DNA from: Heteronotia binoei
Taxonomy: Eukaryota
Length of the DNA: 64,000 bases
Assembly (NCBI RefSeq): GCF_032191835.1
Contig: NC_083239.1
Span: 55,924,001 to 55,988,000, forward strand
Direction of reading: 5' to 3'
The notes beneath the pieces are model-generated. The model searched no databases. It was not told the DNA's origin and was given only the letters and a program-made list of their open reading frames with translations. Shown in pieces: positions 23,495 through 36,350 of this stretch (the stretch's first letter is position 1; each line of letters opens with the position of its first letter). The position numbers were made by a program, and so were the translations under genes.

Positions 23495-25639
23495 GCATAG
23501 AGGAGGACCTGCAATAATGGGTTTGCATTATGACCAGAAAGATGCTGGCCAGAGATTAGAAACTTTTAACAAACTTTGTACTTTGTTCAGCAGTGGAATC
23601 AGCTGCCGAGGGAGACAGTGAGCTCTCTCTCGCTGGCATGCTTCGAGCAGCGGGTGGACAAATGCTCGTCAGGGATGCTCAAAGCTGATCCTGCAGGGAG
23701 CTGGATGAGATGGCCTCTAGGGTCCCCTTCCAACTCTGATTCTGTAAGTGAAGATGCTGTGCAAAGCGCAGGAGGATGGAGGGAGCTCAGCGCATGACTG
23801 GGCAGGCTGGGACAGCACCGTCGAGTGAGGAAGGGGCCCCCAAACCCTGCATCTCCCTGCCCTTTTTTATTTTCAAAGCCCCCCATTCTCCCAAGCTCCA
23901 GTGCCCCAAGCATAGAAGCAGAGACCTATTCCCCACTCGCCTTCTGCCGCTCTCACTCCCCTCTTCTCCGTGGGGCTTCACTAGGGTTTCACACGATCTG
24001 CCCCGGGGTTGTAACTCACTCCACCTCTTTCGCGCAGCAAACAAGATCCTCTAAAAACCAGATTCTGTTTGCCACGCGGAAAAGGCAAAGCGAGTTACAG
24101 CCCCGGGGCAGAGAGAGTGAAATCCCACGAAAGCCCTGCAGAGAAGAGGAGCGTGAGAGCGGCAAAAGGCGAGTGGGGAAATCGGTCAGAGTGTCCTAGG
24201 ATGCCTTTGGTGCATAACAGCCTGGCTGGAGAAGAAAAATAGAGGGTCCTTCCTCCTCCTCCTCCTCTCTTAGTGTCATGAGCCCCAGGGGACCTTGTGC
24301 CGAAGGGCCACTCTCTGCAATGGGCTATATCTGGCCTTTGGTTACCTGCTTCCAAGCACCGAGTGCTGAGGTCAGATGCCAAAGGGCTGTTTTGCATGTC
24401 AGCTTTGCAGGAGACCCACGGCCAGCTTCTCTCTGCTGCACCTCTGACAGAGAAGGCGGCCCCAGCAGCTTTCAGACTTCAGCAGAAAACAGGAGAGTGG
24501 GCAGGGGAATAAGGACTCCTTCCCCATCTTGTTAGTGCCAGGAACTCTGTGTATGCTCTGAGGAACCTGTTACGGCTTCAGTAACGGGTGTTTAGCAGAA
24601 TTCATTTCAACTGAATTTTTAAAAATTTAAATGTCTCTGTGGTCTGTGCCTTTTCCCTGTGGTTTTTTGCTCCCCTTTTTTACCATTTTTAAAATCCAGC
24701 AACACTTTTCCTTTTTTATCCTCTCTTTTATAATAAACCCGTTTTTAGAAAGACTAGTTTTGCTTTGCTTAGTACAATTCACTTCTCTGAGATAGCAACC
24801 TCTTCCAAATATGCTGGGTCACACAGGCACTTCTGGGTCGGTTCTAAGGTGTTTCCCAGGGTTCCTTTCTTGTCTGGCAGATCATGAGAGGGGGCACGAA
24901 GCGGTGGAGCCGGAACTCAGCTCTCATGGCCCTTTCTTATATGCCCAAGGAAATGCAAATTGCCACTTTGGGGTCAAGGTGGAATCTTCCTCCAGATCAC
25001 CCTCCCCTGGGCACACTGGTGGGGTGGGAGGTAGCTATGAATTTCCTGCATCGTGCAGGGGGTGGGATTTGGACTAGATTACCTCTGGGGTCCCTTCCAG
25101 CTCAATGTTTCCATTGCTGTAGTGCTGTAGTGCTCCTAATGGCATCAGTCTAGATGTCCTCAGGTAGCGACTGGGTACCAGGGCGTTCTCAAGGGAACTC
25201 TTGTTGGAAGGAAGATTGCCAGTAAGGAAAGACAGCATTCCCCCTTTACTACTGTAGCAACTGACCACTCCTAATGACAACAGAAGAAGATGAAGATGAT
25301 GATATAGGATTTATATCCTGCCCTATACTCTGAATCTCAGAGTCTCAGAGCAGACACAATCTCCTTTACTTTCCTCCCCACACCACACCACACACTGTGA
25401 GGTGGGTGGGGCTGAGAGAGCTCTCACAGCAGCAGCCCTTCCAAGGACTGCTCTGTGAGAGCTATGGCTGACCCAAGGTCATTCCAGCAGGTGCAACTGG
25501 AGGAGTGGGGAATCCAACCCGGTTCTCTCAGATAAGAGTCTGCACACTTAACCACTACACCAAACTGGCTCTCTTCCTCCCCCACAACAGACACCCTGTG
25601 AGGTGGGTGGGGCTGAGAGAGCTCTCACAGCAGCAGCCC

Positions 25640-26060
25640 TTTCAAGGACAACCTCTGCCATAGCGATGGCTGACACAAGGCCATTCCAGCAGCTGCAAGT
25701 GGAGGAGTGGGGAATCAAACCCGGTTCTCCCAGATAAGAGAGCTATGGCTGACCCAAGGCCATTCCAGCAGCTGCAAGTGGAGGAGTGGCGAATCAAACC
25801 CGGTTCTCCCAGATAAGAGAGCTCTGGCTGACCCAAGGCCATTCCAGCAGGTGCAAGTGGAGAAGTGGGGAATCAAACCCGGTTCTCCCAGATAAGAGAG
25901 CTATGGCTGACCCAAGGCCATTCCAGCAGGTGCAAGTGGAGAAGTGGGGAATCAAACCCGGTTCTCCCAGATAAGAGAGCTCTGGCTGACCCAAGGCCAT
26001 TCCAGCAGCTGCAAGTGGAGTAGTAAAGAATCCATCCTGGTTCTCCCAGATAAGAGTCCA
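25640..26060 (-). repeat. Squam3 internal 79-bp tandem array (~5 units)
   Basis: 79-nt periodicity (ORF starts 25707, 25786); the unit includes a B-box-like GGTTTGATTCCC. Confidence 0.88.
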
Positions 26061-26078
26061 CGCATTTAACCACTTCAC

Positions 26079-26214
26079 CAGGGGTGGCCAACAGTAGTTC
26101 TCCAGATGTTTTTTGCCTACAACTCCCATCAGTCTCAGCCATCGGCCATGCTGGCTGGGGTTGATGGGAGTTGTAGGCAAAAAACATCTGGAGAGCTACC
26201 GTTGGCCACCCCTG
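26079..26214. mobile_element. Short palindromic hAT MITE inserted in a Squam3 head
   Basis: TIR CAGGGGTGGCCAAC; TSD CACTTCAC/CACTACAC (1 mismatch). Confidence 0.8.
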
Positions 26215-26394
26215 CACTACACCAAACCGGCTCTCAGCAACAACTCGTTCTCTCCATGCACCAAGAGTCTTCCTGCGGTGCCTCAAAGTGTTGGATTTGG
26301 GGGTGTGGAGGGTTCATGTTAACTGGCAGCTGCATTCCCTGAAAGAGTGACCTCCCACATGTGCCCCCCCACGCCCCGTCTGCAGGCCCCCTAC

Positions 26395-26593
26395 CAGAGA
26401 ACCCCGAGTCCTTCTCCACTTCACTCAACGAATGATGGGACTTCCCGCTATATTTGAGGCCTGCTGCCATCTTCTCGGCCTGTACCGGGCGGCCCTTCGA
26501 GTCGGGGCACTCTGACTTTGAGGACCGAGCTGGGCCGGTCTTCTTCCCGGGCTTGGACGGATGACCAGGCGGGGAGGGCTGACCAGAAGGCAT
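26395..26593 (-). CDS. CIPC-like: CIPC-like coding exon 1: MPSGQPS...SEVEKDSGFS
   Basis: Perfect Kozak GCCACCATG at 26593; acceptor CTTCCTCCAG at 26614-15; EKDSGFS G|GTAG phase-1 donor (CIPC: ESDKDSGFSD). The joined CDS is 1275 nt = 424 aa + stop. Confidence 0.88.
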
Positions 26594-26684
26594 GGTGGCG
26601 CTCTCAGCTGCTCCTGGAGGAAGAAGAGGGACAAAAGGACCGTGAGGTCAGGCAGGGGTGTGCCCACGCAGGAGAATCATAAGA

Positions 26685-27480
26685 GTTGGAAGGGACCTCC
26701 AGGATCATCTAGTCCAACCCCCTGCACAATGCAGGAAACTCACAAACCCCTCCCCCTAAATTCAGAGGATCCTCATTGCTGTCAGATGGCCATCTAGCCT
26801 CCGTTGAAAAACCTCCAAGGAAGGAGAGCCCACCACCTCCTAAGGAAGCCTGTTCCACTGAGGTACCGCTCTAGCAGTCAGAAATCATAGGGTTGGAAGG
26901 GACCTCTAGGGTCATCTAGTCCAACCCCCTGCACAATGCAGGAAACTCACAAACACCTCCCCCTAAATTCACAGGATCCTCATTGCTGTCAGGTGGCCAT
27001 CCAGCCTCTGTTTAAAAACCTCCAAGGAAGGAGAGCCCACCACCTCCCAAGGAAGCCTGTTCCGAGGAACTGCTCTAGCGGTCAGGAATGATAAGAGTTG
27101 GAAGGGACCTCCAGGGTCATCTAGTCCAACCCCCTGCACAATGCAATAAACCCACAAACCCCTCCCCCCAAATTCACAGGATCCTCATTGCTGTCAGGTG
27201 GCCATCCAGCCTCTGTTTAAAAACCTCCAAGGAAGGAGAGCCCACCACCTCCCAAGGAGGAAGCCTGTTCCACTGATGAACCGCTCTCACGGTCAGGAAG
27301 CTCTTCCTAATGTTGAGCTGGAAGCTTTTTTGATTTAATTTCCACCTGTTGGTTCTGGTCCTACCTTCCGGGGCCACAGAAAACATTTCCACACCATCCT
27401 CTAGATGACAGCCTTTCAAGTTTTTGAAGATGGTGATTCTATCACCTCTCAGCCACCGCCACCAGGCTAAACACCTCCAG
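26685..27480 (-). repeat. CR1 fragment with its 3' end triplicated in tandem
   Basis: ggttggaagggacct...tccaaccccctgcacaatgc recurs at ~26685, 26890, 27095. Confidence 0.8.
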
Positions 27481-29131
27481 CTCCTTCAACCTTTCCTCAT
27501 GGTCTCCAGAGATCACAAGCCAAGAGATCTCCAGAGATCACACGAGAGATCACACGCCAAGCAAGATGACGTCCACTCCTTACAGGGCTGGTGCCACATT
27601 CCTGCCAGACCCCTGTGATTGATTTCACTGCCTCCTGAGAAACCTCGTCACAAGCCAAGCTCCCAGGGCTGCCTTATGGCTGCTTACGCGTCCCCCACAC
27701 ATCCCATACAAATGCGCAACATTCACTTGTAGGATTTCTTCTACTGGAAATTCATGGGGCCTTTTTCCTTGGGTCTCGCTCTGGGGGAGAGCAATAAGAA
27801 GAGCCCCCCGAGATCTCCCTGCTGCCGTTGTTCTAAAAGCCACAATGCCCCTGTTCATTCAGCCACCAGAGAAACCGCTGGGCGCGTCGTCACTGGGGAC
27901 TGCAACGAGACTGTGAGCGGCTGTGAATCTTATTAAGGGCGTTAATACATGTCTTGACGGAACTTTAATAATTCAGCGTTGAGACTTTACATACGATATT
28001 GTGGATTTAAGAACACTTCAGAGAATATTTAATACGGTTGAGATTTGCACTAAGAATGTGGTGGCGATAGCTTGTGTGTTTTTGCACGCCCACCAGAATT
28101 CCCAGGGGGCCCACTCAACGTTGACAGCCTCCAGGGGTGGCCTGGAGACCTCCCAGAATTACAACAACTTATCTCTAAACAGCAAGAGATCACCTCCCCC
28201 AGGAGAAAACGCCTGTTTTGGAGGGAGGATTCTGCGGCACATGCCTCCCCTCCCCAAATCCCACCCTCTGCAGGTTCCACCCCCAAATCTTCAGGAATTT
28301 CCCAACCCACAGCGGGGTGCCCCTAGGCTCAGTGCAAGCACCCGCCCCATCCCCCGTTCCCTGGTCCTTTTATCTTCACAAGCTGCTGGGAAGGACTCCG
28401 GCCCACCCCACCCCGCTGTGACTTCCTCCAACAAGAACCTTCTTCACAAACTTACCCAAGGGGGCCACAACCTTCGTGGCATTACTAAATCCCCCCACCC
28501 CGACAACTGTGGTGGATACGGGAACCCACGAAGCTCCCGTATTCTGAATCAGAACCAACAAGTTGTCTGCTCAGACCGGCAGCTGCTCTCCAGGATCTCA
28601 GGCAAAGAAAGGTCTTTCTCATCCTCTCTGCTCGGTCCTTTTCACAGGAGACGCTGCCGGGGATTGAACCTGGGACCTTCTGCGTGCCAGGCAGATGCTC
28701 TGCCTTTGTCCCAGCTTTGCCACCAATCTGCTCTCACAACAAACAAAACCTTCCATTTTCCTGTCGGGTTAACCCACGACGCCTCAGACTTTGCAGCTGA
28801 GCAGAACTTAACTTCCCCCCCCCTCCCCCTCTAACCACTACACACACACACACACAACCCCGGCCGTGTCTCACAAACCCCACAAATGACAACCAGAGCC
28901 GCTCTCAGAAACATGTCGCCGGGTTTTGCTCACCTAAACAAAGGCTGTGGCTGTGCCTCCCACCGCATCTGGGGCTGACAGTCCAGGGGCTCCACCAGCT
29001 AGGACCACAAGCCCGCCCGCAGCCCCCTTCCGTGCTCCAGAGGAAGCTGAGCATCCCCCTCCATCTCCCCCAGAGCCAGCGTGTCCCCTCTCCTCTCTGC
29101 CGCCAGGGCGAGGCTGCAGAGTCTCCCTGCG

Positions 29132-29805
29132 ATTACATAACCAGGCCGACAGCCTCCCTCCCTCCCCACCCCGACTGACTCCTCTTGCACGGCCTGCCAC
29201 AGCCACGGGCGGGCGGGCGGGGAGGAGCCAGCCGGGCCAGCAGCCCCCTCCGCTCTCCTGCAGCCTGCCTTTGGAGGGCGGTGCCGGCAGGCAGCTGTTT
29301 GTGACACATGGCCGCGCAACAGCCCCACAGACACATTGCGAGCCACGTGCTCCCCGGCCGGCTCTCACGGTGCCAAGACAGCTACAGGTGGCCTCCCTCC
29401 TGCCAGGTTCCTACAGAGGAAGAGAGAGCGAGAGCGGCAGTATGTGGGAGAACTCCTCCCTGCGGGGCAGAAGGGGCAAGCGTGACTCAGACAGAAACCA
29501 AAGGCAGATGGGCTTCTGGGCAGGACCAGAAGCAGACCACGGATGGATCTCCTGGACGGATCCCGTTTCCAACACGCCTGGCCTCAGCACAAGACCACTG
29601 CATGGCTGTCACTCACGTTCCTTCTCACCCGCTTTCCCTCAGGGGCCGGAGGGCGATCGCCCATCTACACCCCACTCCCATCGGCAATATGAGGGATTCG
29701 TTAACAGGTGCGTTTGGATGTTTGACGACCGGAACCACCGCCAAGACCTGAAGTGGAGCATTAAACGTCCACATGACATGCTAAGCGGTACAGAAATTAC
29801 ATAAT
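29132..29805. promoter_or_regulatory. D-box/E-box cluster (ATTACATAAC 29132-41, CACGTG 29344-49, ATTACATAAT 29796-805) in a GC-rich intronic patch
   Basis: Exact matches to the PAR-bZIP/NFIL3 consensus RTTAYGTAAY (minus strand) and the CLOCK:BMAL1 E-box. Confidence 0.55.
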
Positions 29806-30014
29806 AGGATCGTAGTCACAATAAGCTAGAGACAACAGTATTGACTGCAATGCTTCAGCGGCCCAGGGTCAAGGGCAGCGGCGTCCCCAGAATCTGCTTC
29901 AAGTGGCCAGGAGTTCCAGAGCTGATGTCTTGATCGTAATCACAATCATAGCTCTCCTTCCCTCCCAAAAACAAACCACAACCTCCTGTGCACCAACAGC
30001 GGAAGCTGCCGGAA

Positions 30015-31050
30015 GAACATAAGAGAAGCCATGTTGGATCAGGCCAATGGCCCATCCAGTCCAACACTCTGAGTCACATAAGAACATAAGAGAAGCCCTG
30101 TTGGATCAGGCCAATGGCCCATCCAGTCCAACACTCTGAGTCACATAAGAACGTAAGAGAAGCCATGTTGGATCAGGCCAGTGGCCCCTCCAGTCCAACA
30201 CTCTGTGTCACATAAGAACATAAGAGAAGCCATGTTGGATCAGGCCAGTGGCCCCTCCAGTCCAACACTCTGTGTCGCAGAAGAACATAAGAGAAGCCAT
30301 GTTGGATCAGGCCAATGGCCCATCCAGTCCAACACTCTGTGTCACAGAAAAACGTAAGAGAAGCCATGTTGGATCAGGCCAGTGGCCCCTCCAGTCCAAC
30401 ACTCTGTCACAGAAGAACATAAGAGAAGCCATGTTGGATCAGGCCAATGGCCCATCCTGTCCAACACTCTGTGTCACAGAAGAACATAAGAGAAGCCATG
30501 TTGGATCAGGCCAATGGCCCCTCCAGTCCAACACTCTGTGTCACAAAAGAACATAAGAGAAGCCCTGTTGGATCAGGCCAATGGCCCCTCCAGTCCAACA
30601 CTCTGTGTCACACAGAGGCCAAAAAACTCAGGTGCCATCAGGAGGTCCATCAGTGGGGCCAGGACACAAGAAGTCCTTCCACTTTTGCCCCCCTCTCCAA
30701 GCACCAAGAATACAGAGCATCCCTGCCCCAGACAGAGAGTTCCAACAATACGCTGTGGCTAATAGCCACTGATGGACCTCTGCTCCATATCTTTACCCAA
30801 CCCCTTCTTAAAGCTATCTATGCTTGTAGCCGCCACCACCTCCTGTGGCAGTGAATCCCACATGTTAATCACCCTTTGGGTGAAGAAGGACTTCCTTTTA
30901 TCCGTTCTAACCCGACTGCTCAGCAATTTCATCGAGTGCCCACGAGTTCTCGTATTGTGAGAAGGGGAGAAAAGGACTTCTTTCTCTACCTTCTCCATCC
31001 CATGCATAGTCTTGTAAACCTCTATCATGCCACCCTTCAGTTGACATTTC
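30015..31050 (-). repeat. CR1 fragment whose 3' tail is amplified to ~9 tandem ~68-70-bp units (30015-30612)
   Basis: aagaacataagagaagcc unit repeats, then RT remnant 30760-31050. Confidence 0.88.
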
Positions 31051-32125
31051 ACCAAGCTTGCCTTGTGCTGAGTCAGACACCTCAACGGTCTCCTGTGACC
31101 GACAGCAGTGGGAAAGATGTCTTCTTGGCCTACCTGCTGCTACCCAGCCTGTCTGCCTGGATCTTCTGTGTGCAAAGAAGATGCCCAGCCCTGAACGACG
31201 GTCCCTCCATCTAGCCCAGAGCTCTCTGGGTCTCCGGCTGCAAAGAGTCTCTCCTAACACCTGTTACCAGAGTCCTAACTGGGCCTTTTGCAGGCCAAGC
31301 AAACGCTCTGCCAAGGATGCACAAAAAGGATGTCTTTGGTTGTCTGCTTCTGTTTCCCAACTCCGTTCTCTAATCGCACAGGGCCACAGCTTGCCTGAAC
31401 CCCCCCTCCACATTTCAAATACTCTGCAGTTCTAGCAGGCCCCGGAGGTCACCTCTGGGCATCTTCCCCAAGGAACACAGAATTCCTTCCGTCGGCAGAT
31501 TAAAAAAAAACTACCTGAATTGGTCAGTTTATGATACCAGTTTAAGAAACAACAACCACCAAGGGTATGAAAACACAAAGAGAAAGAACTGCACGTTCCA
31601 ATGAACTTCACATCTCACATCTGGAATATCAACAGAAACCGATTAAAGCCTGGGTTTCCACATAAATCAGCTGAGATGCACAACAGGATTGAGGGAGAAT
31701 CGACTGCAGCTCCCCCCTTCCTATATCCCCCCCCCCAAACAAGCACTGCCATTTGGCAGCCCACTTTTATGAAACTGGAGCAACAGAGAGGACAAAGGAG
31801 AGCCGCTCCCCCAAGCACCCAGCATTGCATCTTCACCAAACTACAATTCCCACAATTCTTAGGGGAAAGCTACAACAGACGAATACTGGAAGGAAGACCC
31901 AGTGCGGCCATAAATCCAGTCTGAACCCAAAAGCTCCACCGCAAGGCATTCTTGTCAAAGGACCAAGAGGCCTCTTCTCCAACAATTCAGCACCTCCTGG
32001 CTGCACAGCTGGGTGCTTCCTCAAGAGGCCCCCCCCCAGTCGCGTGCCTCATGGATCTAGCCCACGGGTGGCCAAACTTGCTTAACATAAGAGCCACACA
32101 GAATAAATGTCTGAGAACAGCAAGA

Positions 32126-32594
32126 NNNNNNNNNNNNNNNNNNNNNNNNNNNNNNNNNNNNNNNNNNNNNNNNNNNNNNNNNNNNNNNNNNNNNNNNNNN
32201 NNNNNNNNNNNNNNNNNNNNNNNNNNNNNNNNNNNNNNNNNNNNNNNNNNNNNNNNNNNNNNNNNNNNNNNNNNNNNNNNNNNNNNNNNNNNNNNNNNNN
32301 NNNNNNNNNNNNNNNNNNNNNNNNNNNNNNNNNNNNNNNNNNNNNNNNNNNNNNNNNNNNNNNNNNNNNNNNNNNNNNNNNNNNNNNNNNNNNNNNNNNN
32401 NNNNNNNNNNNNNNNNNNNNNNNNNNNNNNNNNNNNNNNNNNNNNNNNNNNNNNNNNNNNNNNNNNNNNNNNNNNNNNNNNNNNNNNNNNNNNNNNNNNN
32501 NNNNNNNNNNNNNNNNNNNNNNNNNNNNNNNNNNNNNNNNNNNNNNNNNNNNNNNNNNNNNNNNNNNNNNNNNNNNNNNNNNNNNNNNNNNNNN
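32126..32594. other. Assembly gap (469 N)
   Basis: Run of N. Confidence 1.
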
Positions 32595-33139
32595 ACTTTT
32601 AATGGATTCTGCAAGCCACTGGCCGGCTTGGAGAAGTGATTTAAAGAGAGAAATGCCTTCTCCAAGTCGACTGATGGGGTTGTGTGGGCTTCAAGAGCCA
32701 CACAGTGTGTGTGAAAGCGCCAAATGCGCCTCCCCAGGCCCAGTTCGGCTACTCCTGATCCAGCCCATTCACACCAACCCCAGGCGGACATTTTCTCCAC
32801 CTCTCCTGACAAGCCGGCTTCTCTACACCCCAGCGACGCTCCACCATCACAAACTTGAGAAGTTTCTCCTAAATGCCCCCTACAAAACCTCAAACACAGT
32901 CCACTTTTGCTGCCTTCAGTTCCCTCAAAGAATCCTGGGAACTGTAGTTTGACAAAACAGCTGAGCATTCCTGGGGGGGGGGAGGGAGAGAGGGGTCCCT
33001 CCCTCCCCCTCACAGAAGCAAGCCCCTCTCCTCCTTGGATGATGACATCAGTGACTCTGCAAGGTAGAAATGCCACTTAATGTCAGCAGCTGGGTGGAAC
33101 TGAAGATCTCCGTCTTCTTGCAGAAAGAAGAACTGAAGA

Positions 33140-34170
33140 AGAATTGCAGTCTTATACCCCACCCTTCTCTCTGAATCAGAGACTCAGAGCAGCTTACAAT
33201 CTCCTGTATCTTCTCCCCCCACAACAGACACCCTGTGAGGTGGGTGGGGTTGAGAGGGCTCTGACAGCAGCTGCCCTTTCAAGGACAACCTCTGCCAGAG
33301 CTCTGGCTGACCCAAGGCCATCCCAGCAGCTGCAAGTGGAGGAATGGGGAATCAAACCCGGTTCTCCCAGAAAAGAGAGCTCTGGTGACCCAAGGCCATT
33401 CCAGCAGGTGCAAGTGGGGGAGTGGGGAATCAAACCCGGTTCTCCCAGATAAGAGAGCTCTGGCTGACCCAAGGCCATTCCAGCAGCTGCAAGGGGAGGA
33501 GTGGGGAATCAAACCCGGTTCTCCCAGATAAGAGAGCTCTGGCTGACCCAAGGCCATTCCAGCAGCTGCAAGGGGAGGAGTGGGGAATCAAACCCGGTTC
33601 TCCCAGATAAGAGAGCTATGGCTGACACAAGGCCATTCCAGCAGCTGCAAGTGGAGGAGTGGGGAATCCAACCCGGTTCTCCCAGATAAGAGAGCTCTGG
33701 CTGACCCAAGGCCATTCCAGCAGCTGCAAGGGGAGGAGTGGGGAATCAAACCCCGTTCTCCCAGATAAGAGAGCTCTGGCTGACCCAAGGCCATCCCAGC
33801 AGCTGCAAGTGGCGGAGTGGGGAATCAAACCCGGTTCTCCCAGATAAGAGAGCTCTGGCTGACCCAAGGCCATCCCAGCAGCTGCAAGTGGAGGAGTGGG
33901 GAATGAAACCTGGTTCTCCCAGATAAGAGAGCTCTGGCTGACCCAAGGCCATTCCAGCAGCTGCAAGGGGAGGAGTGGGGAATCAAACCCCGTTCTCCCA
34001 GATAAGAGAGCTCTGGCTGACCCAAGGCCATCCCAGCAGCTGCAAGTGGCGGAGTGGGGAATCAAACCCGGTTCTCCCAGATAAGAGAGCTCTGGCTGAC
34101 CCAAGGCCATCCCAGCAGCTGCAAGTGGAGGAGAGGGGAATCAAACCTGGTTCTCCCAGATAAGAGTCCA
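33140..34170 (-). repeat. Squam3 with an internal 79-bp unit amplified ~11 times
   Basis: ORF starts at 33422, 33501, 33580, 33659, 33738, 33896, 33975 show the 79-nt period. Confidence 0.9.
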
Positions 34171-34709
34171 CGCATTTAACAAGGTAGTCCCCTGTGCAAG
34201 CACCAGTCATTTTCGACTCTGGGGTGACGTTGCTTTCACGTTTTCACGGCAGACTTTTCAAGGACAACCTCTGCCAGAACTATGGCTGACCCAAGGCCAT
34301 TCCAGCAGCTGCAAGTGGAGAATCAAACCCGGTTCTCCCAGATAAGAGTCCGCGCACTTAATCACTACACCAAACTGGCTCAGAAAGTCCTGGTGAACTG
34401 GAGGACGGTTGGGCTGAGGTCTCTCCCACAGTGGAAGAAGAACTCACTCTGGTTCTGGACTACATCATGGCTAACATGAGATAAAAATCTAGTACAGCCC
34501 AAGTTTCACCTCCTCTGCTCTGCCAAGCCAAGGAGGCCTCATCTTATTTTCCATGCAAAACTCCTCTCCCTGAGGACTGGCCCAGCGACAGAGCCAGGCA
34601 AACGAGTCCGGCGCCCTTCCCCACAGCAGGGCTTGCGGAGATCCCGGAGACAGAAGAGGACAGGCCACGTCCAGGCTAGCAAAACGAAGAAGAAAACATT
34701 GAATTTATA

Positions 34710-35195
34710 TATTTCGCCCTCCACTCAAGAGTCTCAGAGTGGCTCACAATCGCCTTTACCTCCCTCCCCAACAACAGACACCGTGGGAGGCGGATGGGGC
34801 TGAGAGGGCTCTCACAGCAGCTGCCCTTTCAAGGACAACCTCTGCCAGAGCTATGGCTGACCCAAGGCCATTCCAGCAGCTGCCAGTGGAGGAGTGGGGA
34901 ATCAAACCCGGTTCTCCCAGAGAAGAGAGCTCTGGCTAACCCAAGGGCATTCCAGCAGGTGCAAGTGGAGGAGTGGGGAATCAAACCCAGTTCTCCCAGA
35001 GAAGAGAGCTATGGCTGACCCAAGGCCATTCCAGCAGCTGCAAGTGGAGGAGTGGGGAATCAAACCCTGTTCTCCCAGATAAGAGAGCTCTGGCTGACCC
35101 AAGGCCATTCCAGCAGGTGCAAGTGGAGGAGTGGGGAATCAAAGCCGGTTCTCCCAGATAAGAGTCCGCGCCCTTCACCACTACACCAAACTGCC
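34710..35195 (-). repeat. Squam3 with a 79-bp internal unit x4
   Basis: Period 79 (34894, 34973, 35052, 35131). Confidence 0.88.
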
Positions 35196-35989
35196 TCTCA
35201 GGAAAAGGAGAGCAAGCTCCTCCGGTTGGTTGTTTTGGTCTGGTCAAAAGGATTGCTGCCTGTACCAGCACTGCTGTTCAACAGGTGTCCTTTTGCGGAA
35301 GGGGGGGGGGAGATCAGGAAGCCGGGCAAGACCCACCCCCCACAGAGAAGGAATTGTTTGCATTGAGACTATTTATTTATTTAGACTATTTATATTCCGC
35401 CCTATCCCAGAAAGGGCCCAGGGCCGATAACATCATTATAAGAACAGTATAAATAACAATGAAAGCATATATCAATAAAACAATACGATTTGATCATGAA
35501 CAGTCACAGGGGGTGGCTCAGTTGGACACCCATTATATAGATTAAGAATCTGGCACAGTCCCAGCTGCTGGCTGGGAAATCTAAGGAAGAAGCAAGAAAG
35601 TATTGGTTGAAATTCTATATTTGGCTAGATGCTAAAGACTCTTAAGATTCTTTGGTGTGAACTTATATCTCCTTTCTTCTGTATTTTGTATTATAAGATT
35701 GCCTTTGTTGGAAATATCAATTTGAATAGGTATTTTAACAAGACACAGTATAAAAATACCAAAATGTTGATGATGTAAAGTTAAGAGATAATAATGTGAC
35801 AATTTATGTATTTAAAGTATATTAAATGCAGACTTGTATTTCATGGAAGTATACTATATGCAGACTATGATTGATTTGTAACTATAATTTCTTGTCCCTT
35901 CTTACCCTTAACTTCTAGAAAACTAATAAAAACTTTTAAAATCAAGGATCTGGCACAGTAGAAAGGTAATTTAATATTACAGCAGAGAT

Positions 35990-36350
35990 GGTACCGCAGA
36001 ATAGGACCGGCCGACGAAAGGAACACCCTACAGAGCAGGACGTCCACTGCCTCAACTAAAGGCCTTGTGGGATAGCTCCTTTTTACAGGCCCTACAAAAA
36101 GGTAAATAGTTCAGTGAGGGCCCGAATCTCCAAGGGGAGCCGATTCCACCAGGCTGGGGCCAAGGCCGAAAAAGCCCTGGGCCTAGTTGAGGCAAGATGG
36201 ACATCCTTTGGCTCAGGGGCTGTCAGCAGATGTTGTGCGCCAGATCGTAGTGATCTCCAGGGCACACATGGGGAGATGTGGTCCTGTAGGCTGTGTAAGG
36301 CTTTAAAAGTCAATACTAAAACCTTAGCGTCACAGGCTAAAGAGAAGCTT
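35990..36350 (-). mobile_element. L2 LINE 3' fragment
   Basis: KVLVLTFKALH...RAFSALAPAWWNRLPLEIR. Confidence 0.8.

Noticed and set aside
24545-24885. Possible solo LTR or other element (AATAAA, T-rich interior)
   Set aside because: Could not find convincing termini, TSD or a second copy in the window.
31952-33076. ORFs of 216-339 aa
   Set aside because: Artefacts of reading through the N gap.
33422-35161. Repeated 62-68-aa ORFs (MGNQTRFSQIRELW..., MALGQPELSYLGE...) that look like a tandem gene family or CRISPR-like array
   Set aside because: Translations of the 79-bp SINE unit; there are no unique spacers, so not CRISPR, and the DNA is eukaryotic.
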